Shown in pieces: positions 22,439-32,875 of a stretch of DNA of 36,703 nucleotides. A model generated the notes under the pieces. The model had not been told where the DNA came from. It searched no databases and saw only the letters and a program-made list of their open reading frames with translations. How positions within the stretch are numbered: the first letter of the stretch is position 1; each line of letters opens with the position of its first letter. Origin of the DNA: Craspedostauros australis (lineage: Eukaryota); assembly GCA_030167865.1 (NCBI GenBank), contig JALAGF010001144.1, positions 1 to 36,703 on the forward strand, read 5' to 3'. Made by a program: the position numbers and the translations under genes.

Positions 22439-22808
22439 GGTACCATACCATACAATTCAATCCCCACGTTGATGCTGTCGTGGTGGCATCCAATTTCAAG
22501 CAGTGCTGTTGGTGTACGAGGAGTCTGGAGTATTCGTTAAGGCATGTTTCATCGTGTCGTGAAACAACTACTTTGCATTCTTACGGATTGCACTCTGTAC
22601 GAGAGTAGTCAAGCGAGGATGCATACTCGTACCGTACAAATAATAGTACACCGCCGTCTTCAGAATTCACCCTTCTCAGACGACCGCTGGAAGACGGCGA
22701 ATGGACCACTGACAGAAGCCGAATGGCCGTAATCCGCCATGAAATCCAGAATGACCATCACATCCCGGATGCTCTTCTTGCAAAAGTACAGATTCATCCC
22801 AGCGTCCA
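22439..22808. repeat. Direct repeat copy B of 16486-16922
   Basis: Shares ACCATACCATACAATTCAATCCCCACGTTGATGCT...CCCGGATGCTCTTCTTGCAAAAGTACAGATTCATCCC with copy A. Confidence 0.95.
22660..22808 (-). pseudogene. Truncated 3' fragment of the BTB-like gene
   Basis: Translates DAGMNLYFCKKSIRDVMVILDFMADYGHSASVSGPFAVFQRSSEKGEF* versus DAGMNLYFCKKSIRDVMIILDYMADYGHSASVSGPFAVFQRSCEKGAF* in the intact gene. Homology stops abruptly at 22808. Confidence 0.85.
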
Positions 22809-23251
22809 CAAACGCGACGGCCGACGCTGTCGATGCCCACGCAAGTATCCGCAGGAGGTGGGGTGGCTTGGTTCGGTCATATTGTGGAGGTCAATTTTGT
22901 GGTGGCTTTTTGGTGGTCGGCATCATCCAATTTAGATCGTGACCGTTTCGCCCAAACACGTCGCATTGAGGGTCTCTCTCTCGCTCTCTTGGGAGATAAG
23001 TAGCTGTGCATACTTGTGTACAATTGCCAGCGTCATAGAGCGCATTTGATGAAGGCGTCGCTGTTGTTGCCCAAGATAAACAATCGACGAAATATACAGT
23101 ACGGATGGTACGAGTGCACCAAACAATCGAACGAAAAGATGGATACGTCAGCTCCGCACTGTTTACTATCCATTACGCATTCTCTTATTGTTCCTTGTGT
23201 AGTATTTTGTCCTTTGTGGAATACTCCATCACATGTTGACTGGTCATCTTC

Positions 23252-23794
23252 TTACTTGTCGTGTCCATCGTTCACATCCGCGTTATTTTCCTTCTCTTCA
23301 ACGATCTTCTCCACGAACTGCTTGATGATATCGCCGTGACAACGCTTGGGCGCGCACCAGCACACGAGATGGATGGGACGCTGGCTCGTCATGACAAGCT
23401 CCGCGATGCGAAGGATCTCCGAACGGGCAGCGCCATCCTCATCGAGCATCTCCTCGGCCAGCCAACATTGGTATTTATCGACGACATCATCCCGATCCGC
23501 CTCCACCTTCATCTTGAAGGGATTGCCGAGCGGGCTCCCCTGTTGGAATCGGGAGCCGCGTCCAATGTAGATTCCTGCGTCTTTGCGGTTAGCAGCTCTG
23601 CTTTTGCCGCGGCCTTTCTTTGCAGCGCTGCGCTTGTTGGTGACTACGATGGGAGCAGCCATTCTCGATGGCGGTGCGGCCGCAGGGGTATCTACGGCAG
23701 CCAGTCCCGCGTCCATCTTGGATGGAGACGCGGAGCTTGCAGCGGTTGCGACAGTTGCGACGGCTGCGCTCCTTTTTGATCGTGTGGTCGGCAT
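23252..23794 (-). CDS. DUF4326 domain protein, 180 aa, with Ala/Lys-rich N-terminal extension
   Basis: Characteristic motifs IYIGRG...S.LGNPF, R..V..KY..WL and LVCWCAPKRCHGDII. Intronless. Confidence 0.85.
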   Translation of the reverse strand: MPTTRSKRSAAVATVATAASSASPSKMDAGLAAVDTPAAAPPSRMAAPIVVTNKRSAAKKGRGKSRAANRKDAGIYIGRGSRFQQGSPLGNPFKMKVEADRDDVVDKYQCWLAEEMLDEDGAARSEILRIAELVMTSQRPIHLVCWCAPKRCHGDIIKQFVEKIVEEKENNADVNDGHDK

Positions 23795-26720
23795 GGTTCA
23801 ATGGCTGTCGGCTTCTTCCTGTTGACTTCTCTCTTTTCAACTCCTTGGCCACACTGCTCTGATCTATTCTATGTTGCTCTGCTGTATTCCGAAACGTAGA
23901 CCTTGCCTTCTGTTGATCTTACTTTCCAATGAATCATATTTTATGATGATGTGCACCATGCGTACATGCCATAGAATACATCTGTACTCTTTGGCTCTGC
24001 TCTGGTGTTGCAGTGTGTAAATGTTTCGTTTTCTTTGTGCTCATGTTGTTTCTGCGCTGAAGCAAGTCGTGCATCTCGGGTGGAAGTTGTGAGGCAGTCC
24101 ACGTTTGCATTGCAGAATTCGTCCACGATTGAAAGCCGCATACAGGAGGATCCACTCGACTGAAAGAAACGCGAATGACATCAACCCAAACCTCCACAAC
24201 AACGTCAACCTCGGCAAAATCAGAACCCGAAGAGGATACATCATCGCACCTCCGCGCCACCAATCGCGGCTGTTGTTGCACGATGGCGTGCAGCAACGTA
24301 ACAGCCAGCGGCTCCGTATTTGTTCGACCCCATTTTCGCACGTGGCAAGTCCTCGCATGTAGGACGATGAAAAATCAACGCGGAACCGTAACATTGTTCT
24401 TGTTCATGATTTTGTAGACTACAAGGTGCTCGTTTTGTCTTCTGTGTACTCGTCCCAGAACACACATACACACACTCTCTCTCCGGAGTACTCAAGTCGC
24501 CGTTCCTTCCTCTTCTGACCAAGCATCAATGCTTGCGACACCAGCTTGCAGTAATCGCAAACAGTTGCATCATCATGCCCGGAGAGCTTGCTTGGTTTTG
24601 CATCGTTCTATAATATTATGTCATATAATACTTGTACTTGCACTAGCAGTGTCCGTAGCTCGTATGCATGTCGCAACTCAGTCGTGATGGGGTCTCTGCT
24701 GCTGATTGAACACTTCCAGTGGTTGGATCACTCCACCAGGGATACCTCTTGCAAGACCTCCTCCTTCTTCACTTCCTGTTGCCGTGGCAGCGAGAAAGGT
24801 CTCGATGGCGATGCCGCTGGAGTCGAAGGATTCGACAGCAAGTATAATAGACAGATGCGAGATGTCGCTCCCATGTGCGTGCCATGTCTCGTACCCGTTC
24901 GGATGTCCCCATTGCTTTTGTGACTGATAATGCCGCTGCCGTTGTTCATGGCATTGAGTACTGATATCAACATCAACATCAACACCAAGAGGGCTGACTA
25001 GTATACACTATGATACCATACCAACACCATCGATTTGAAGATAGAGGGAAGGAACAAAGCTGGAGGAGATGAAGATGAAGACGCCAGCCTTCCGATGTCG
25101 GAACTGCCCCTGGGCTCCTTGTACTACTATGGCACCAAACTATACATGCGTGTGGAGCGGAGTCCTGTTCCGATCCAGATACAGGCAACGAACCCGGAGA
25201 TGGTTGAATGCGAGTTTGGGCGTGTTGTTGGACACATCCAGCACATTTGGTCGACGAGAAGACATTGGTGGCTGTGTGTGTCGACGATGGAGTTCCTCTC
25301 TGACTGCAGGATTCGTGTTTCTGTCGCCAGATTTCTGCGGTCGTGTCGGGCAAGGGGAGAGCCCGAACCGTTGACACCTTGTTGTTGTCTCTGTTCGCGA
25401 ACGAGTACTCTGCGTGTGTTTTGCGTGGCTGTGATCGTGTTGTTATTGGGTGGATTTCCGGTGTCGAAATGTCAATTTCGATCCACATCAGAGTGTTCTT
25501 CCTTCGTCCGGATACCAGTTTGCCCGATTCTACAGCCCATGTCATGTCACAGTGGTCGAACAGTACAAAAGCCGTAGCAACAAACGCTACAGAAGGGCGC
25601 TCCTCAGTACATGCTTCGACGTAGAATTCTACACGTCGAGAATCCTGTTGTAGGTTACAACAACGGCAACAACAACAGCAAATCACCAACAGACAACAAC
25701 ACCTCCAAGGGAGCTGCGTTCTCCGGCACTGTCTTCGTTGTCTCTTGTTTGCCGCGCTTGTCTGCACTGGATGTTGGTGTGAAGAGCAGAGTGATGCATC
25801 ACAACACAGTACGAGCACAGATACATCCACCATCCCCACAGACAGGGAAGCAGAGCACTCCACAGCAATCAGCAACAACATCAGAGACAGCGCGTGCAGC
25901 AAGGCGACATGCGCATTCTATCCGCGAGAGACGGCAAGACGCCGCCAACGAGCGACGATGAGCATGACGAGAGGACTGCTTTGCAGCAAAGGACGGTGGG
26001 CAACGCGGCGCTGCATCACCTAAGCATCAGAGCGATCCCTGCGCCGGATGCTGCGAGCAGAGGACGCAGCACGACGGAGGAGTCCGGTACGTCTCGTCGC
26101 ATGTTTGCGCGCGCTTGTGGCTCGTACTATCATATCATACTATATGTTATATATATTATATACTGATGCTTGCACACTTGCGCAGTCACTGTGATGTCCG
26201 TGCCCTGTTCATTCTGTCTATTGCTATCCGTTGCTGTCCATTGCTGCCCATTGTGATCCATCGTTGTCTGTTCGATTCGCATCGCAGCTCTCCCCTAGCG
26301 GCATACCATCAGATGCATCGGTAATGACCATGACAGGAGTGCATGCAGATGCAGATATGGAAGGAAGTCGCCTTGAGATCTTCCCCGGTGCGATTCTATT
26401 CCTTTCCACGCGACGCCTCTCCGCCTGGCGCCGGGTCTATCCTGCGGATTGCGTTCGGTTCACCGTCGTCCGCTTCCTTGCTGCATGGCTCTGTCTCCAC
26501 CATCCTATCCACTCTCCTGCCGTCCACCATGGTCAACTCCATTCTCTGAAGACCGATCGGAGCGATCAATCTCACTTTGCCGAACCCACATCCCCTTTCA
26601 TCCTCTCTTCCATGCTCACATCCACGTCCACATCCACGGCAACGTTCATTGCCACGGCCATGCCCGCCCACTCCTCCCCACACCCCCGTCGACATATGCT
26701 TCGCTTCGCAAGTAGCCTCT

Positions 26721-29700
26721 ATGGTGACGGCAGCCCCAGCATCATCCGCGCCACAAACAACCTCCAGTCTCAGCACTGAGGGCGGCATGCATCCAACCAC
26801 CATCACCCGGGGTCTTGTTTCGCAGGAGACGTCCAACGTAGCTGTCGCTGCAGTCAGCGCCATCAGCAATACCGCCACCAGCAACAACAGCGCCAGCACA
26901 GGCAATGTGAACAACACTACCAGCACGGGGAACCCCACGGTTCAATTCCTCCACCAGCAGGTGCTGCAAATGCTCAGCAACAACCAAGGGCTCATCTCGA
27001 ACCTCCGGTCGAATGCACCTCAACAACAGCAGCAACAGCAGAACACAACCACGATACTCGATGCGAACAGGTCAAATCTGGCTTCAACGCCGGCTCCGGT
27101 CACCTCGACGCCGTCGACGATCTCCGGTGAGTTCGGCCTCGTTTTGCATTACCGCGAGTGTCCCTGCCTATCTGCACAAGTGCTTTGTTGACAGCTTGCC
27201 TGCTGGTTTGCTTGCGTGCCCGTCTCCCTTGGTGCAATTCGTCATGAAGGCTACGAGTACGCGTCACTGTCTCTAACCCACCATCGTTCCACCTTCTTGT
27301 TTCTTCGATATCCGTCGCCTCCATATCCGTGCAATGGACTCTAAACGTCCCCAACTTTCTCTTCAAACACAATCACAACGACAACGACAACAACGACAAC
27401 GACAACAACAACGCCCGACTTTCGCAGCCAACACGCCAACGACGGAAGGCAATGTCGCGACTAATACGACAACCGCGCCCGCAGCCGCAACTGCGCGTGT
27501 CCAGAGCAACAATCCAGCCACCGGAGGCGCCATGCCACCGCAGCTATCGAACCTGGTCCAGCAGTTGCTTCAAATGCTCAACAACAACCAGTCAACGATC
27601 ACCGAAATGCAAAGAAACAACGGGCTGCAGCAGGAACAGCCACAGCAGCAACCGGAGCTTGTGGGACTCATCAAGGCGATGGCCGCCACGGGAGCTTTCC
27701 CTCGCCTGCCGTTGCCTGATCCTTCTGCTCATGCGGCGGGGCCGATCCAAAGGAATCCACTCGTCCAGCCACAGCAGCAACGGCAAGTGCCCGGGCCCAG
27801 CTCTCAGCCATTGGGCATCCACTCCCTCTTCCAAGCGCAGCGGATCATGGCCAACGCTCAACAGCAGCAACAGCAGCAGCAGCAGCAAAGGCAACATAAT
27901 CCACAGCAACCATGGCAACCAAACGCAGGCGTGTCGTCTGACCTGGCGCGCAGCGCATTCAACGTCGGCGCACGATCGACTCAGAGACCACGCCCAGGTC
28001 CTGTAACGCAGAATTCAGCACAGCCGGGAGCAACAATGGTGGGAAAGGCATCGGCCACAGCAGCCTCCATGCTCCCAAGAGTTGGTCAAGGTCAGCCCAA
28101 AGGAGCACCTGCGATGTCAGTCGCAACCAACGACCGTCGCATCGCGCCAAACCTCGCACAGACCAATAGCCTCAGAACTGTGGGAGATCAGAACATGCTG
28201 CAAACCATACAGAGCGACAAGTTCATCCGCTCAGTGTTGGGCAAAACGCCGCCACAAGGGCAGTCTAACCCGCCGACGGACCGTCGTGTACCCTGCAGGG
28301 CGAGGGGCATGCCCAAGCACCACAACTCCAAGACCGCCTACTTCGTCATCGCCAAGGAGATGGTCCACGCCGAACCCTTGCTCTGCAGCCACAAGGAATG
28401 CCAGCTGCGTGGGGTTCGATTCCTCTATTGCAAGGTGTGCGATCTCCCAGTCGCAGAACGAAACTTCTCCACCAGGCACAAACATGCCGACGTTCTCCAG
28501 TCCAAGTCAAGATCGAAGGTCCTGCCTGCAGCGGCAGCTGCAGCTGCTGCCGTCGCCAATTCAGCACGCCTTGCGAGCGCCGCCGCGGCAACGACACAGT
28601 CAAGCGTGCCACATTCGACTTTGCCTTCGGCTGCTGACTTGCTCCTCAAGACGAACAAGCGCAAGCGCGATTCGTCACTCGCACGGGATCAGCCACCCGC
28701 GCAGAAGGCTGCACTTGGGCAGGCACAAAAGGTTGCAGTCGCCGGCATGCCGACGCACGCATCGACAGCACCACTAGAGACCTCTAACATCTCACAGTAC
28801 GACAAGAAGCAACAACAACAACAGAAGCAGCCAGCTGCGTGGGCCACAGCAAAGTTACCCGCGAATAGCGCATCCAACAAATCCAGAGCAGCCGTGCCTG
28901 ACGGCGGCGAGCAGGGCATCGATAGCATGCATGCCGGTCAGCTCACAAATGCAAACGTTGATGCTCACCACAGAAAGACTTCCAACCAACATGCGCTGTC
29001 CCAAGACGCTCTGCGTCGGTCTGGTCGGGTGTTGTCGGCTGCAGTGAAGGGATCCACAGTCTCTTCGGATCTCACAGCGAAATCGTCCAAGACCTCGGGC
29101 AAGTCATCCAGCACGTCGTCAGAAGAGAAGGGGGTCGACTTTGTGCACGGAGCAACCGCGAAGACGGACGATAGAAAGCCCAAGGCGGACCTGGCGAATT
29201 CATTATCGAACTCATCGTCCAACGATGGGGATGGTTCCATGGACGTCTCGACGGAGGATGAGATCTCCTCCCTCGGTTCCGGCGATCTGAGGCACAGGAA
29301 GCGCAAGGTGATGTGGCAATCCCTGCTCGCGTTGCGCCCGGAGTCTCTGGAGGGCGACGAGATGTCGGCCTGGCTCATGGCGGTCCTTGCCGTTTCCAAC
29401 CCCAACGCTTCGCCCGTGGGAATGGCACCGGGAAGTTCTGACACGCCCACGAGTTCGTCCGGGGAGTACTTGGCGGATTCCTCATCCGACAACGACGATT
29501 CCAACACTCCCACTGGACCAAGCGATGACACCAACACGGACGTGAACAAGTCCAGTTCGGGCAACGACTCCAACGGCAACGACTCCAACACGATCCTCCA
29601 GGATTCCTACGTGTCACCAATCTCGAACTCCTCCAAGACGTCGAGCACGCTGGTCCCACCCAGCACCATCAAGACCAAGTCCGAACACCATCATCGCCGA

Positions 29701-30072
29701 CGCCGTCGTCACGACGAAGCAGACCCCCCGAGCGGGAGCAGCAGCTCTAAACTCAGCAGCGTGTCAGACAGCGTGGTCAAGGCAACGGCCAGGAGCAGCA
29801 GCAGTGCCGCTGCAGGTCCGGTAGCTACTTTTGTAACCAGCGACCGCCAGTCCAAAGGATCTGACAAGATGAACCTGAAACACAAGATGATATCTTCCAT
29901 GTCCAACTCATCCTCGAGCAAGTCGACGAGTACGAATGAGAAGACGGAGAACGACGATAGCAAGGGCAAGGAAAGCGACGAGAATACCACCATGAACAAA
30001 GGTTCCTCCTTTTCGAGCGAGGATGACATGGTGGTGGAGGCTGACAGCAACAGAACATCATCTGATTCATAG
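26721..30072 (+). CDS. Gln-rich putative nuclear/regulatory protein with diatom-type Cys/His domain. Exons 26721-27126 and 27428-30072; about 1016 aa
   Basis: ORF 26577..27191 contains G|GTGAGT at 27127, and TTCGCAG|CC at 27428 gives an in-frame phase-1 join. The protein contains VPCRARGMPKHHNSKTAYF...H..PLLCSHKEC...F.YCKVCDLPVA.RNF..RHKH, a second motif WQSLL..RP...MSAWLMAVLAVS, polyQ tracts and the NLS-like KRKR and RHRKRK. The start codon is uncertain. Confidence 0.8.
27127..27427 (+). other. Probable spliceosomal intron (301 nt, phase 1)
   Basis: GTGAGT donor and GCAG acceptor, with an (ACAACG)n tract before the acceptor. Splicing preserves the frame. Confidence 0.7.
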
Positions 30073-30751
30073 GTGCATACTCGTAGTTGAACATGCAAAT
30101 GCCACACCATCCGCACAGCATGTGCGTACTTTCCGTACCCGCATCTGTGTTCGTGCATCTGTGCGTGAACAATGACTCGCACACCACAAGGATTGGCAAC
30201 GCGCTCAAGTACGAGCAAGTACGTACGAGTGCGCTTGTACTGCAACAAACTGGAGGACCGCAAACAGATCTGTGCCACATTTGAATAACCACCACCACAA
30301 CAACGCTGAACCTGCAAATGTTAATGCGAGTTCTACTTCTACGAGTTACGCAACATCATCAACACGAGTCCGACCTACTTTACGTATCCGCAGCATACTC
30401 GTAGAGCAGTTGCGCTCGCGCTTCACCAACAAGGCCAAGCACCAACGCGTCCACCTCCACCAACACAATGCTCAACCAATACTCCACGTGGTCTGCTCAA
30501 TTCAATCTGCCATCAGGCATTGCAATGTAAATATTAGAATATTATATCTTACAATATGATATTATATTATCCTAGAAGATACGAGCACTCCAATGATGTT
30601 TGATCGTGCCAATACAAGTAGAGTAGCCGACGTCTGCTACTGCTCTACTGATACAATGCAGTATTCTGCTCTGTTCCTGCTTTGCCGACAACTGAATGAA
30701 ACACGATTGTATACAAGTAAGCGATGCTGGAAGCGGATTGCACTGAGTCAG

Positions 30752-32875
30752 CTACCCGCTCGTGATGATGGAGACGTAGGCCAAGGTGAGGAAGAGGATG
30801 CCGACGATGACGACGGCGATCCATATGCTGGGATATGCGACATCCTCGTGATGGCCGCAGAAGAAGAGACCGCAGGGCATGTTCTGCGACTCTGATATTT
30901 CATGCATGACTCGTCGGTAGACAGATTCGTCGACGGACATGGCGTACTGCGGATTTGGCAGGAGGTCCTCCTTGCCGATGCCGGCCTTGTGCGCATGCGC
31001 GTTGTCGTGGCGCGTTCGTTTGCCGGGCACGTGGGAATCCGTCATGCTCTCCCAGTTGGGCGTGTGCGCCACGCCCTCCCCCATCTCCAGATCGTAGGAG
31101 ACTTGCTGGTAGTTGGCGAAGATCTCTGAGTCTTCGTCGGTGCTCTCGATGAAGATTTTGCCAACGATATTGTCGCCGACGACGTCCTTGTTGATCATGA
31201 AGAGGCGGACCGATTCGAAGGGGAAGTGCATCTGCACCATGCCGGTCTCCTCATCGACGCCTCCGAACATGGCGGACTTGGCTATATTGGAGACGATGGA
31301 GGCACCCGGCGAGGTGGCGGTGGAGAGGACGGAAAGGTTTCCAGCGGATTCCACCCTGCGGTGCATTCTGAGACCGGATCCGCTCATGGCCCGTGAACGA
31401 GAGCCGTTGGACGCGATGCTGTTGCCGCCGCTGACGCTGCCACGCGAGGATATGACGCCGTCGGTGGAGAGACCGCGCGGTTTCTTGCGGTTTCCCGCTC
31501 GCGGTATGAGGGCGTTGCCGGAGAAGGTGGATCCCGATCGGAAGGTGGGTATATCGGAGCTGGCCCGACGGTGGCGTCCCTTGCCGGAGCGGGGACGATC
31601 GACGTCGCCTGAGGAGTTGGTGCGCACGAGGCGTGCCCTGACCTTCGGCGGCTTGCTGCTCCCACCCGGCACGAGAGGCGAGGAGACCTTGCCTGAGGGC
31701 GCGTGCTTTGAAGAACCATCATGCTTGCCAGCGGCATCTGAAGCCCTGCCTCCCGAAAAAATATCCGCGAAGTCTTTGAGACCTTTGGCCTTCGGCGAGT
31801 GCGCGGTCCTCTTGGGGCTGTGGCCGCCGGACGTCGAGGTCGCCGTGGCGATGATGGTGGTGGGTGGAACGATGGGGATGTCGGGGTTGACGATGGGGGG
31901 CGGCAGCGTCTTGGATGGCCTGAGCTTGACGGGAGTTGGCGCTGTGGAGTCGACATCGTTGCTGTAGGATCTTGTGCGTGCCGCCGCCATGAGCATCGCC
32001 TGCTGCAGCTGCTCCATGCTCGCTGCCTGTTTGGGATACTCCTGGCGAGCGTGCTGTTCCATCGACGTGGGAATACCGGTGCCTGGTTCCATGAAGGTAG
32101 GCGACGTGGGTCTGTTGGCATTGACGTTGACATAGTTGGCGCCGACATTGGCGTTGGCGTTGGAGTAGTTGCCCCTGCCGTGCATCTGCGACTGGGGATG
32201 CTGCATGTGATAGCCCATGGAGGGCGAGCCCGCCATCTGCATTAGAAACGGCTGCGGAGGCTGCTGGTACGACATGGGGTATCCGTTCTGGCCTGAGGCG
32301 TACATGGGATGCGGAACCCCGGGATACATGGGCATTCCCATGGCCTGCGGATGGGGAGCGTAGCCAGGTGCCCCGTTTGGATTGCCTGCGTGGGGTGGGG
32401 GATAGGACCCCGCGGCGCCCCAGTTGGCTGCCGCTGCTGCAGCATCGTACTGCGCCGCTTGCATCGGATATGGTGGCACCTGCTCATTGGAGTGGTCATT
32501 GTTGTTGGCGTTGCTGTGGGCATTGCTGCTGGCATTGCTGTTGGCATTGCTGCTGGCATTGCCGGAGGGACCAGCGACGGAACCGTAGCCAGCGTATTGG
32601 GGAAGGTAAGAGAAGGAAGCCGGAGCTGGCGCAGCTCTGGATGCATCCTGGTTGGATGGAGGTGGAGGTGGAGGAGGCGAGATGGAGGATCGCTCGTGGC
32701 TGCCGTTGTTGAGCCTCCCCATGGCGGCAGCATTGGCCTCCGTCGACGGACCTCCCAAGCCTCCGAGCAGGTTGGACCCCGCCAGCAGCGACTGCTGTTC
32801 TGCAGCCGAAGCAGCGACACCAGCAGCAGCCGAGCCGCCAGATTTGTCGATCAAGGGAGCCGATTCGTTGCTCAT
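30752..32875 (-). CDS. Pro/Ser/Gly-rich hypothetical protein with conserved-looking C-terminal domain and terminal TM helix, 707 aa
   Basis: Long ORF starting MSNESAPLI. The globular end YAMSVDESVYRRVMHEISES..MPCGLFFCGHHED is followed by a hydrophobic helix IWIAVVIVGILFLTLAYVSII at the C-terminus. Confidence 0.85.
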   Translation of the reverse strand: MSNESAPLIDKSGGSAAAGVAASAAEQQSLLAGSNLLGGLGGPSTEANAAAMGRLNNGSHERSSISPPPPPPPSNQDASRAAPAPASFSYLPQYAGYGSVAGPSGNASSNANSNASSNAHSNANNNDHSNEQVPPYPMQAAQYDAAAAAANWGAAGSYPPPHAGNPNGAPGYAPHPQAMGMPMYPGVPHPMYASGQNGYPMSYQQPPQPFLMQMAGSPSMGYHMQHPQSQMHGRGNYSNANANVGANYVNVNANRPTSPTFMEPGTGIPTSMEQHARQEYPKQAASMEQLQQAMLMAAARTRSYSNDVDSTAPTPVKLRPSKTLPPPIVNPDIPIVPPTTIIATATSTSGGHSPKRTAHSPKAKGLKDFADIFSGGRASDAAGKHDGSSKHAPSGKVSSPLVPGGSSKPPKVRARLVRTNSSGDVDRPRSGKGRHRRASSDIPTFRSGSTFSGNALIPRAGNRKKPRGLSTDGVISSRGSVSGGNSIASNGSRSRAMSGSGLRMHRRVESAGNLSVLSTATSPGASIVSNIAKSAMFGGVDEETGMVQMHFPFESVRLFMINKDVVGDNIVGKIFIESTDEDSEIFANYQQVSYDLEMGEGVAHTPNWESMTDSHVPGKRTRHDNAHAHKAGIGKEDLLPNPQYAMSVDESVYRRVMHEISESQNMPCGLFFCGHHEDVAYPSIWIAVVIVGILFLTLAYVSIITSG

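Noticed and set aside
16486-22808. Direct repeats as LTRs of a retrotransposon
   Set aside because: The repeats contain host gene coding sequence, I see no LTR termini or PBS/PPT, and there is no gag/pol between them.
24588-25961. ORFs 24979..25902 (-) and 25035..25577 (+)
   Set aside because: Cys/Arg-rich, non-coding-like composition with no recognisable domain.
27334-27427. ORF-track N-terminus MDSKRPQ...QRQRQQRQ of the 912-aa ORF
   Set aside because: More likely intronic (ACAACG)n sequence upstream of an in-frame acceptor. An alternative start is not excluded.
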